NCBI GenBank assembly: GCA_005800795.1
Contig: SYEN01000232.1
Location: forward strand, 1-36,062
From: Burkholderiales bacterium
GTDB taxonomy: Bacteria > Pseudomonadota > Gammaproteobacteria > Burkholderiales > SG8-41
Direction of reading: 5' to 3'
DNA: 36,062 nt
A program made the translations under genes and the position numbers. The notes under the pieces are model-generated. The model was not told the DNA's origin. It did no database searches and saw only the letters and a program-made list of their open reading frames with translations. Shown one piece after another: positions 8,143 to 16,447 of the stretch; positions within the stretch are counted from its first letter, which is position 1, and each line of letters starts with the position of its first letter.

Positions 8143-9846
8143 TCAGTGTCCACCTGCGCCTCCCGGCGTCCACGCTGTCGGCGCCAGCGCCGTGTCGTCG
8201 CTGATCACATCCAGCAGCACCGGCTTGTTCATGGCCAGCGCCTTGGGCAGCAAGTCGCGCAACTGCGCCGGCGTCTCCACCCGGAACGCTTCGCAACCCA
8301 TGGCCTTCGCGATGGTCGCAAGATTCGCGGTCTTGGAAAAGCGCCACATTTCATCTGGTTTGTATTTGTCGCCGCGCTTGCCGCGATAAGCGTTGCCCAC
8401 CAGCGGGATTTCCTGATTGAGCGAGCTGTTGTTGTTGACCACCATCACCAAGTTGATGCCGTGGCGCGCGGCGGTTTCGAGTTCGCCAATGTGATAATAA
8501 AACCCGCCATCACCACTGAACAGAATCACCGGCTGGTCTGGCAGCGCACACTTCACGCCCAGCGCGCCGGGCAGGCCCCAACCGAGCGAACCGGCGCAAC
8601 GGATATAACGTTGTGTGGCATGACGCATCTCGATCAACTGCCCCGTCCACATGCCCGCATGGCCGGTGTCGGATACCACCACGCCGTTGGCGGGCAGCGC
8701 TTCGGTTATCTCCTTGCAAATGCGCTCGGGGCGCAGCGGCGTGGCATCCGAGTTGTAGTGTGCCACCACGCTCGCGCGCCAGTCGGCGACGATTTGCTGC
8801 ACGCGTTTCACCCACGCCTGCGCACCCGCAGCAGGTGAACCCGCCAGCGCGATCATGTGCCTTAGCGTCGCTTTCGCATCACCCAGCACAGATGCCGCGT
8901 TCGGATAATTCCGACCCAGCTCCTGCGCGTCGATATCGATCTGAATCACCGTCACGCCCGGCGCGGGAATTTTCCAGTTGGCGGTCACCTGCGCACCCGC
9001 ATGGCTGCCGATGAACAGCACCAGGTCAGCCTCGGATATCGCACGGTTCGCGCACTCGCGTGAATACACGCCCGGCACGCCCACCGCCAGCGGATTGGTA
9101 TCGAGTATCGCACCTTTGGCATTGAGCGACGTCGCCACGGGGATTTGCAGTTTCTCGGCAAACGCCACCAGCTCGGCCTGTGCGCCTGACGCGGTAACGC
9201 CGCCACCGGCCACGATAATTGGCCTCTGCGCTTGGGCGAGCACCGCCAGCGCGGCTTTCACACGCTCGATTTCCGGCTCGGGCCGGTACGCGGGTACTAC
9301 CGTGTAATTTTTCTCGATAATCGGCGCCGGCAAATCCGCCTCGCACTCGATGCCCTGCCCGTGCGAACCGCGCAGCCGCAGATGCACCGGCTTTGGCGCA
9401 CCGGTGGTAGCGGCGCGAAACAGTTGCCGCATCAAATCGGGTAGACGCGACACATCGTCGAGTTGCAGATTGAGTTTTGTCATCGAATCAAACTGCGCGA
9501 AATCCTCGACCTCCTGATAAGCGTAGCGATAACGGCTGGGCGTGCCCGGCCCGCCGGTAATCGCGATCACCGGCGCCCCCGCCAGATAGGCATCACGCAG
9601 GCCCGCCACGATGTTGGACGCACCGATCTGCTGCCCCATGCACAAGCTCGGCCGGTTGGCCGCGCGCGCGTAACCATCGGCCATGTAAGCCGCAGCTTTT
9701 TCACCATGCGTGAGAATTTTCTGAATGCCGAGTTCATCCATCTCGGCCAGCACCTCCATCAAAATCGTCGGCACAAAAAAAGCATGTGTGATGCCGTAAC
9801 CCTTCATGACTTCGGCGAAATAGCGTGCTCCGGTGGTTTTTGGCAT
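8143..9846 (-). CDS. Thiamine-diphosphate-dependent enzyme (acetolactate-synthase-like)
   Basis: 567 aa. N-terminal pyrimidine-binding-domain pattern (YGITHAFFVPT...GEKAAAYMADGYA). ThDP/Mg motif GDGGFYYHIGELETAARHGINLVMVVNNN. Confidence 0.85.
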   Translation of the reverse strand: MPKTTGARYFAEVMKGYGITHAFFVPTILMEVLAEMDELGIQKILTHGEKAAAYMADGYARAANRPSLCMGQQIGASNIVAGLRDAYLAGAPVIAITGGPGTPSRYRYAYQEVEDFAQFDSMTKLNLQLDDVSRLPDLMRQLFRAATTGAPKPVHLRLRGSHGQGIECEADLPAPIIEKNYTVVPAYRPEPEIERVKAALAVLAQAQRPIIVAGGGVTASGAQAELVAFAEKLQIPVATSLNAKGAILDTNPLAVGVPGVYSRECANRAISEADLVLFIGSHAGAQVTANWKIPAPGVTVIQIDIDAQELGRNYPNAASVLGDAKATLRHMIALAGSPAAGAQAWVKRVQQIVADWRASVVAHYNSDATPLRPERICKEITEALPANGVVVSDTGHAGMWTGQLIEMRHATQRYIRCAGSLGWGLPGALGVKCALPDQPVILFSGDGGFYYHIGELETAARHGINLVMVVNNNSSLNQEIPLVGNAYRGKRGDKYKPDEMWRFSKTANLATIAKAMGCEAFRVETPAQLRDLLPKALAMNKPVLLDVISDDTALAPTAWTPGGAGGH

Positions 9847-9929
9847 GGAAAAATCTCGCTAATGTAAACAGGAAGTAAAACCAAACTTAGGGCACGGAAA
9901 TCGCCCGGCCCAACAGAACAGGATCGCGC

Positions 9930-10580
9930 CTACACCAAGGGCCGCGAGTACAGCGGCAACGCCGCCAGCGTCGGCATGCCGCTCGGTGGCGAGGTACGCG
10001 CCACATTCATCAGCATGGCGATCATGGCGTAGTAGCCCACCACGCCGATGAGATCGACGACGCTTTCTTCGCCGAAGTGTTTGACGGCGCGCGCGTAGGT
10101 GGGGTCGGACACGCCGCGATTCTTCAAAAGTTCGTTGACGAAATCATAGACAATGGCTTCGTCTTTTTTCATTTTCTCAGGCCGGCGGCATTCGGCGAGT
10201 GCTGCAATGGTGTCCGGATGCAATCCGCCTTTTAACGCGTGTGGCACGTGCACCGCCCACTCGAACTGGCACGACCAATCGCGCGCGGCCATCAGCCCAG
10301 CCATTTCCGCCAGCCGGAACGGCACCTTGACGCCCCAGCGGATGTAAGCGCCCAGCGCCTGTGTCGGGCCGGTGAGGCCAGGGCTGCGCATCATCGGCAC
10401 GAACGGGCCGCGTACGTCTTTGCGCGGACCAGCGGTGATATCGGCGGCGGCTTTTTTCTGCGCAGCGTTGAGTTTTTCCGGCGGGATACGCGGCAGACGT
10501 TCGCGCAGGATGTCGACACGCATTTGCTTTTTTTGTTTGACGGCGGGGGCGTGTTTGGCGGCGGCAGTGGATTGGGGCAT
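9930..10580 (-). CDS. Carboxymuconolactone decarboxylase (AhpD-like) family protein
   Basis: 216 aa with a CMD-family pattern (LMAARDWSCQFEWAVHVPHAL). The RBS AAAGGAAAAATA immediately precedes the ATG. Confidence 0.65.
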   Translation of the reverse strand: MPQSTAAAKHAPAVKQKKQMRVDILRERLPRIPPEKLNAAQKKAAADITAGPRKDVRGPFVPMMRSPGLTGPTQALGAYIRWGVKVPFRLAEMAGLMAARDWSCQFEWAVHVPHALKGGLHPDTIAALAECRRPEKMKKDEAIVYDFVNELLKNRGVSDPTYARAVKHFGEESVVDLIGVVGYYAMIAMLMNVARTSPPSGMPTLAALPLYSRPLV

Positions 10581-10587
10581 TATTTTT

Positions 10588-10607
10588 CCTTTAAAACAAA
10601 TAGTTAC
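10588..10607 (-). repeat. AT-rich motif family, copy b (left half only)
   Basis: The reverse complement reads GTAACTATTTGTTTTAAAGG, running straight into the RBS and ATG of the CMD-family gene. Confidence 0.5.
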
Positions 10608-10639
10608 AAAAATAGGCGCAACACGTCAATACTCTATTT

Positions 10640-10754
10640 CCGTCATTCTGGCGAAAGCCGAAATCCAGCGCGTCACCTTATGCGAAGCATCTGAATTTTG
10701 CATCCTGCGGATCGAAGTCATCGTACTGGATTCTGGCCTTCGCCAGAATGACGG
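10640..10754. repeat. REP-like inverted doublet
   Basis: ccgtcattctggcgaaagccgaaatccag (10640-10668) and its inverted partner ctggattctggccttcgccagaatgacgg (10726-10754) are separated by 57 nt. The architecture matches 1066-1175. A spurious ORF across it reads RHSGESRNPA. Confidence 0.8.
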
Positions 10755-10809
10755 CGTGGGTGATCAGCTTTTCCATGCAGCCAGGCGCACGGAACGCAAC
10801 GGCTACGCC

Positions 10810-12078
10810 TTACGGCGCCGCGTAGTTGTCTTCGACCACTGCCTTACTGCCCACCGTACACGGCGGCATCGCATATTCCTTGCCACGCCAGGGCGGCGCG
10901 CGATCCATATTCAGCGTTTGCAAAAACGCCACCAGATCTGCCGACTCACGCTGCGTGAGTTTCAGCGGCCGCAGCAGGCTTTCGCCGTCGGTGTGCAGCC
11001 GTTCTATGTTCAGCTCCGAGTAGTGGCGAACCACCTGCTCCAGTGTCATCATTTCACCGCTGTGCATATAGGGCCCGGTGTAACCCACGTTACGCAGCGA
11101 CGGCACCTTGAACTCGCCAAAGTTGCGACGCTCCGGTTTCAAATGCGTGGTCTTGGTAGCGGTTGCGCGCGTGGCGTCGTCGTTATACGGCCCCAGCAGA
11201 TTGAATTTGCTGCCCAAAAGCAGCTTAATGCCATCGTGGCGGCCGCCATCCACCTTTTTGCTGCCTCCCTCGATGAAATGCGACACACCGATATCGTGAA
11301 ACTCGCCATTGGTGAACATGGGCCCAGTGTGGCAGGTGCTGCAAATGCCCTTGCCGATGAATATCTGCAGGCCGCGACGGGCGTCACGCGGATACAAGCC
11401 GGCCGCAGCCTTGTCGCCACGCGCCAGCGCATCGCGGAACTGATCGAATGGCGTGAATTCCGTCGTCAGTGTTTCCTGAAACGCAGCCATCACCTTGCCG
11501 ACACCCACCAGCACGGCTTCGTCATCCTGCTTCGACGGACTGATGCCAAAGGTTTTTTCATAGCGGCACGACAGGTCTGCATCCTTGCGCAGGTATTGCG
11601 CCACGTGCGCGGCATTCGACCCGAGTTCGCGCGCATCAAGAATCGGCCGTATGCTTTGCGACCACAGGCTGTCTGCCGCGCCATCCAGCGCGAACCAGCG
11701 GTGATGGCGCATGTTCATCAGCGTGGGCGTATTACGGTCGACCAGCGCCAAACCCTGATTGCGCTTGACGCCATCCGTCCAGTTGTACTCAGCAATATGG
11801 CAGGTGCCGCAAGACACCTTGTCATTTGCCGACAGTTTTTCGTCGAAGAACAACCGCTCTCCCAGATCAACCGCGTGCGTGTTACCCGACACGCGATTCG
11901 AGGGATCAGGCGACCATTTCATCGGCCACGGGCCGTGGCGGAGTATGCGGCTCACTTCCGCTTCGTTGAACTCGATCACGCCCGGTTCGTTGGCTTGGGT
12001 CGCGCCCGCAAACCACACCGCGCTCATGGCGCTGACGGCGAGCGCGCCCGCCGTCAGAATTGTTTTCATTTTTTTCAT
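10810..12078 (-). CDS. Di-haem cytochrome c peroxidase family protein (CCP/MauG/MbnH-like), secreted
   Basis: Signal peptide MKKMKTILTAGALAVSAMSA. Two CxxCH motifs (CGTCH, CSTCH). Distal region GPYMHSGEMMTLEQVV. The start overlaps the upstream stop as ATGA. Confidence 0.85.
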   Translation of the reverse strand: MKKMKTILTAGALAVSAMSAVWFAGATQANEPGVIEFNEAEVSRILRHGPWPMKWSPDPSNRVSGNTHAVDLGERLFFDEKLSANDKVSCGTCHIAEYNWTDGVKRNQGLALVDRNTPTLMNMRHHRWFALDGAADSLWSQSIRPILDARELGSNAAHVAQYLRKDADLSCRYEKTFGISPSKQDDEAVLVGVGKVMAAFQETLTTEFTPFDQFRDALARGDKAAAGLYPRDARRGLQIFIGKGICSTCHTGPMFTNGEFHDIGVSHFIEGGSKKVDGGRHDGIKLLLGSKFNLLGPYNDDATRATATKTTHLKPERRNFGEFKVPSLRNVGYTGPYMHSGEMMTLEQVVRHYSELNIERLHTDGESLLRPLKLTQRESADLVAFLQTLNMDRAPPWRGKEYAMPPCTVGSKAVVEDNYAAP

Positions 12079-12509
12079 TGCAGCACCACACTGGTTGTCA
12101 TGCGCTCAGTTACGTTTGCCACGCCACCATCGGCGCCCGCGCGCACCTCGAAAATATACTCCCATCGGCCGGGCATGTGAAACATCAAGCCTTCAGCGCG
12201 ATACTTACCCGCGCCGCTGCTGGTGACGGCAGTTTTGTAATTCATGCCATGACGGTGTTCGGGCATGTGGGCATCGACGCGCACGCTGTGCGGAGCAGCC
12301 GCGCCGTCCTTGGCGCATACTGAAAGCTCCACCACGAAGTGCTGGCCGATGACGATTTTGTCGGGTAGGGTGCGCCAGGCGACTGCGTAGTGTTTCGCAT
12401 CGATGATTTGCGGCTTGGCACCCTTGCCTGCGCCCAGGTCCGGTACACAAGCGCAGGCGAGCCCCGCGCCAGTCAACAGTACCAGCCCGGCAAAAACTCT
12501 CCAGTTCAT
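12075..12509 (-). CDS. Small secreted His/Met-rich protein (possibly YtkA/FixH-like fold)
   Basis: 144 aa with an N-terminal signal sequence. Contains HMPEHRHGMNYK and MFHMPGRWEYIFEV. ATGA overlaps at both ends couple it to the neighbouring genes. The fold assignment is tentative. Confidence 0.65.
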   Translation of the reverse strand: MNWRVFAGLVLLTGAGLACACVPDLGAGKGAKPQIIDAKHYAVAWRTLPDKIVIGQHFVVELSVCAKDGAAAPHSVRVDAHMPEHRHGMNYKTAVTSSGAGKYRAEGLMFHMPGRWEYIFEVRAGADGGVANVTERMTTSVVLQ

Positions 12510-13330
12510 GGCTTCATCGCATTGCCAAAAATCGCATCGCCATTTTTGTAGGCTACGCGCTCCGCCACTTCGAGCGGCAACTCCGTCATCCAGCCGCGCG
12601 ACCAGTTGGCATGCTCAACCACGTAGTGCCAGCGTTCGGCGGTATAAGTATCGGTTCCAACCATGAAACGATCCGGAAATTCCATAAACGCAGCACGCCA
12701 ATCAGAATCAAGCTTGCCGCCGGGGGCATGATCGTTTCTGAATGCGAGATCGCACCACAGGTTTTTGTATTTGCGCAGCATCTCGCGCACCTTATCGGGC
12801 CGCTCAAAACCCGAATGCGCCCACAACACGCGCGCATCCGGATCCTGCTTGAAAATGCGCTCCACCGCATCGGCATCGGAGTGCGCGTGCAGAAACAGTT
12901 TGTACTGCTTAGCCCATTGCACAACCTGCCGCGCCACGGGCGCGTCAACATCCGCGCCGAAGACATGAAATTCGCCGATGGCGGCATAGCGGTATTTTTT
13001 CAGGCGCTCGCGCAAGTACGTGGCGACGGTTTCATCTTTGAACCAGGCGCTGATGTCGGCACGCGTGCGGTAGGTGCGCAGCGACGGCAAAATCAGGTCG
13101 GGTGCTTCCGCGTACAACTTTTGATTGCCGTCGTCGTTGGTGCTCGACACCAGCGCGCGCTTCACCCCCGCCTTACGCAACAGCGCGATGGCCTCTTTCG
13201 GCGGCATGCGCTCCCACGCCTCCTGGCTGTAATGGATATGCGCGTCGAAAATCGGCAATGGCGCCGCCGCCCATGCCACAGGCCCGGCAAGCAGGCCCAC
13301 GCAAAGTAGCAGTCGTAGGAATTTTGGCAT
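12506..13330 (-). CDS. Secreted metal-dependent amidohydrolase (TIM-barrel, Amidohydro_2-like)
   Basis: Signal peptide MPKFLRLLLCVGLLAGPVAWA. Metal ligand pattern FDAHIHY, LHAHSD, LWAHSG, VGTDTY. Confidence 0.75.
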   Translation of the reverse strand: MPKFLRLLLCVGLLAGPVAWAAAPLPIFDAHIHYSQEAWERMPPKEAIALLRKAGVKRALVSSTNDDGNQKLYAEAPDLILPSLRTYRTRADISAWFKDETVATYLRERLKKYRYAAIGEFHVFGADVDAPVARQVVQWAKQYKLFLHAHSDADAVERIFKQDPDARVLWAHSGFERPDKVREMLRKYKNLWCDLAFRNDHAPGGKLDSDWRAAFMEFPDRFMVGTDTYTAERWHYVVEHANWSRGWMTELPLEVAERVAYKNGDAIFGNAMKP

Positions 13331-13388
13331 GGTGAAAGTTTATCAGGTTGCGGCTGCAGTAATCCATGCCGCCATTGAACCAAAAATC

Positions 13389-13416
13389 ATAACTAATTGT
13401 TTTTATTGACTTTTTT
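13389..13416 (+). repeat. AT-rich motif family, copy c
   Basis: ataactaattgtttttattgactttttt. Its 22-nt core taattgtttttattgacttttt (13394-13415) is identical to 34920-34941. Confidence 0.75.
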
Positions 13417-13562
13417 GTCACCGTCAAAATCTCACTGACTGCATGCGGTTTGATACACTCGGACGGTAGTCTCCCTCGCAGCAACCCGCAGTACCTGTCG
13501 GACTTGTTCGACCCAACCCTGATTCTTCATTCTTAAGTTCACTCCCAAGAAAAGGACTCGCC

Positions 13563-14201
13563 ATGATTTACGAAGTCAGAACCTATACCGTCAAACCGCG
13601 CTCAATGCCCGAAGTCGAAAAACGCTTCGGTGAAAAGTATGAGCAGCGCAAAAAATACTCTGAGCTCGCCGCGTTCTGGAAAGTTGAAGTCGGCCCCCTC
13701 AACACCTTCATGCACGTGTGGGGTTACAAGGATATGGCCGAACGCGCCACCATCCGCGCCGCAGCGATAAAGGATGGCGCATGGCCGCCACCCATCGCCG
13801 AATTCCTAGTGAGCCAGAAATCCGAAATCATGAATCAGACTTCGTTTTCGCCCGAATTGAAGCCCAGCAACAACGGCCCATGGTTCGAGTGGCGCGAGTA
13901 CACCCATAACCCCGGCCAGTTGCCGATCATGATGAAAAACTGGGAAGTCGCTCTGGAAGCGCGTCTGAAATTCGGCCTCATCACCGCGCTGTGGTACAGC
14001 GAACTGGGCGGCTTGAACAAGTGGATCCACGTGTGGCCGTACAAATCGCTCGACCAACGCAACGAAGTCCGCGATCAGGCCCACAAGACCGGCGCCTGGC
14101 CGCCCTCCGCGCGCGCCAAGACCGATGGCCGCCCGATTGAATCGCTTTCGATGCAGGAAAACAAATTCATGACGGCAGCGAGCTTTTCGCCGATCAAATA
14201 A
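13563..14201 (+). CDS. NIPSNAP-family protein (two-domain)
   Basis: 212 aa. MIYEVRTYTVKP... and the second repeat WFEWREYTHNPG... are typical NIPSNAP half-domains. SD AAAAGGA lies upstream. Confidence 0.7.
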   Translation: MIYEVRTYTVKPRSMPEVEKRFGEKYEQRKKYSELAAFWKVEVGPLNTFMHVWGYKDMAERATIRAAAIKDGAWPPPIAEFLVSQKSEIMNQTSFSPELKPSNNGPWFEWREYTHNPGQLPIMMKNWEVALEARLKFGLITALWYSELGGLNKWIHVWPYKSLDQRNEVRDQAHKTGAWPPSARAKTDGRPIESLSMQENKFMTAASFSPIK

Positions 14202-14218
14202 CGCGTTATTGCGCCACT

Positions 14219-14249
14219 AAAAACGAGAGGCGTTGCCTCTCGTTTTTTT
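14219..14249. terminator. Bidirectional rho-independent terminator between convergent genes
   Basis: AAAAA-cgagaggc-gtt-gcctctcg-TTTTTTT. The perfect 8-bp stem is 14224-14231/14235-14242, with an A-run on one side and a T-run on the other. Confidence 0.8.
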
Positions 14250-15246
14250 ATTCCAATTTGATGCCCGCTGCCTTCACCACCTTCGCCCACATCGCCAGTT
14301 CCGTGCGCACCATCCCGGCAAAAAGCTCTGGCGAGCTGGCGACAACCTCCACGCCTTCATTGGCGAACACCTTGCGCACGTCGGGTGACTGCAACGCGCG
14401 TACGACTTCGCCGTGAATTTTTGCCAACACCGCCGGCGGTGTTTTCGCCGGTGCGAACAAGCCGTTCCACGGCCCGTGGTCATAACCCGTCACACCGGAT
14501 TCGGCGAAGGTCGGCACTTCGGGCGCGGCAGGCGAACGCGCAGCCGTCGTCACCGCGATGGCGCGCAACTTGCCGCTGCGTACATGCGGCAGCACACCCA
14601 CGGTGGTGCCGATGTTGAGTTGCACCTGCCCGCCAATGGTGGCGGTCACCGCTGGCCCGCCGCCGGTGTATGGGATATGCACAAGATCAATGCCGGTCAT
14701 GGCCTTGAGCAGCTCCATCGACATATGCGTGCCGCTCGCCAGCCCCGCTGAGGCGAAATTAATGGTGCCGGGCCTGGCCTTGGCCATCGCCAACACATCC
14801 TGCAGGTTCGTCCCGGCGAAGCTCGGATGCGCCGCCAGCAAGTTGGAAAATCGCGTCAATTGCGAGACCGGCGCGAGATCGCGCTCCGTGTCGTACGGCA
14901 TACGTTTGTGCATGCTCGGGTTCACCGTGATGCCCGACGCCACCACCATCAGCGTGTGGCCATCGGGTGCTGCGCGCACCACCAGTTCGGTGCCGATGAT
15001 GGTTCCCGCGCCGGGCCGGTTGTCCACCACCACCGGCTGCTTCCACGCATCCGACAGGGAACGGGCGATAAGCCGCGCGGTAAGGTCGGTCGATGCCCCC
15101 GGCGATTGCGGCACAATGACACGGATCGGACGCGAGGGGTAGCCAGCCACATTTACGGCAAGCTGTTGTGCAAGGGCGCCACCGCTAATGACCAATGCCG
15201 TCCCAGCAAAAATCCATCCGGCCACCTGCCCTCTATCGCCCTTCAT
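14248..15246 (-). CDS. Bug-family (TctC-like) periplasmic substrate-binding protein
   Basis: Bug signature RPIRVIVPQSPGASTDLTAR...VVDNRPGAG...PYTGGGPA. I prefer ATG 15246 (AAGGAG SD 5 nt upstream, then a signal peptide) over the track start at 15279. Confidence 0.85.
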   Translation of the reverse strand: MKGDRGQVAGWIFAGTALVISGGALAQQLAVNVAGYPSRPIRVIVPQSPGASTDLTARLIARSLSDAWKQPVVVDNRPGAGTIIGTELVVRAAPDGHTLMVVASGITVNPSMHKRMPYDTERDLAPVSQLTRFSNLLAAHPSFAGTNLQDVLAMAKARPGTINFASAGLASGTHMSMELLKAMTGIDLVHIPYTGGGPAVTATIGGQVQLNIGTTVGVLPHVRSGKLRAIAVTTAARSPAAPEVPTFAESGVTGYDHGPWNGLFAPAKTPPAVLAKIHGEVVRALQSPDVRKVFANEGVEVVASSPELFAGMVRTELAMWAKVVKAAGIKLE

Positions 15247-15271
15247 GCTGTCTCCTTCACCCATTGCAGGG

Positions 15272-16267
15272 TTATTCAATCTTGATCCCGCCCACTTGCA
15301 CGACCTTGGCCCACTTCGCCGACTCCGATTTGATCAACGCGGTGAACTCCGCAGGCGTGTTACCCACGGCCTCACCTGCTTCGCTAGCAAAGATTTTTTT
15401 CACCTCGGCCGACTGCAGCATGCGCACCACTTCGGCGTTGATCTTGGCGACGATCGCGGGCGGCGTTTTGGCGGGCGCGAGCAACCCGTTCCACGGCTCG
15501 TGGTCGTAGCCCGGCACAGTTTCAGCTATCGCGGGAATTTCCGGCGCCGAAGGTGAACGTTTAGCCGAAGTCACCGCCAGCGGGCGCAGCTTGCCGCTGC
15601 GCACATGCTGCAGCAAGCCTACCGCGGTGCTGACGATCAACTGCGTCTGCCCGCCGATGGCCGCGACCATGGCCGGGCCGCCGCCTTTGAACGGCACTTG
15701 CACGATGTCGATGCCGGTCATTTGCCGAAGCAACTCAGCCGACATATGCGTGCCGGTGCCAGTGCCCGCCGAGGCGTAATTCAAAGTGCCGGGTTTCGCC
15801 TTGGCCAGCGCGATCATGTCGGCGAGCGTTTTTGCCGGTAGCGACGGATGCGCGCAAATCATGTTGGGAAAGCGCGACAACTGCGTGATCGGCGAAAAGT
15901 CGCGTATCGGATCGTACGGCAGTTTTTTGTACAGCGCCGGGTTGATGGTGAACGATGACGCCACCACCAGCATGGTGTAGCCATCAGCGGCAGCACGCGA
16001 GACGATTTCGGTGCCGCTGGTGGAACCCGCACCCGGCCGGTTATCGACCACCGCGCTTTGCTTGAACGCATCGTTCAGCTGCTTCGCCACCAGCCGCGCG
16101 GTGAGATCGGTCGAGCCGCCCGGCGATTGCGGTACGACAATACGGATCGGCCGCGCCGGATAATTGGCAGCGGTGTCGGTTTGCGCATGGACATGTGCGC
16201 TCACGAGCAGGCACGACGCGACCACTGCGGGAACCAGGGTTACGTGTTGAACAAGTCGCATGGGCAT
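15272..16267 (-). CDS. Bug-family (TctC-like) periplasmic substrate-binding protein, tandem paralogue
   Basis: Signal peptide plus RPIRIVVPQSPGGSTDLTAR...VVDNRPGAG...PFKGGGPA. By eye it is about 60 percent identical to the downstream Bug gene. Confidence 0.85.
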   Translation of the reverse strand: MPMRLVQHVTLVPAVVASCLLVSAHVHAQTDTAANYPARPIRIVVPQSPGGSTDLTARLVAKQLNDAFKQSAVVDNRPGAGSTSGTEIVSRAAADGYTMLVVASSFTINPALYKKLPYDPIRDFSPITQLSRFPNMICAHPSLPAKTLADMIALAKAKPGTLNYASAGTGTGTHMSAELLRQMTGIDIVQVPFKGGGPAMVAAIGGQTQLIVSTAVGLLQHVRSGKLRPLAVTSAKRSPSAPEIPAIAETVPGYDHEPWNGLLAPAKTPPAIVAKINAEVVRMLQSAEVKKIFASEAGEAVGNTPAEFTALIKSESAKWAKVVQVGGIKIE

Positions 16268-16280
16268 CCTCGATATTAAT

Positions 16281-16310
16281 GTAAGTATTTGTATTTATTG
16301 ACTAATTTAA
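16281..16310 (+). repeat. AT-rich motif family, copy d
   Basis: gtaagtatttgtatttattgactaatttaa lies 14 nt upstream of the Bug gene start at 16267, in opposite orientation. Confidence 0.65.
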
Positions 16311-16447
16311 AAACCTGATTGATACAAAACCTGAATGACGCCATCCGGAATCGCAGGCACTGCGTCCGCAAACACGCACGCCAATGAGCAGCGTACTGCA
16401 ACAGACACGCCGCGGGAGAGACGCTTGCGCTTCCGGTTTTCCCATTG

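Noticed and set aside
10372-12180. 602-aa plus-strand ORF, the longest in the track
   Set aside because: It is entirely antisense to the di-haem peroxidase and the small secreted protein genes, which have clear CxxCH motifs and signal peptides. The translation is Arg/Ala-rich and low in complexity, typical of shadow ORFs in GC-rich DNA.
10810-12509. MbnH/MbnP methanobactin-associated pair
   Set aside because: The partner protein is only 144 aa and does not look like MbnP. No TonB-dependent receptor or methanobactin precursor gene is present. I report it as an uncharacterised trio instead.
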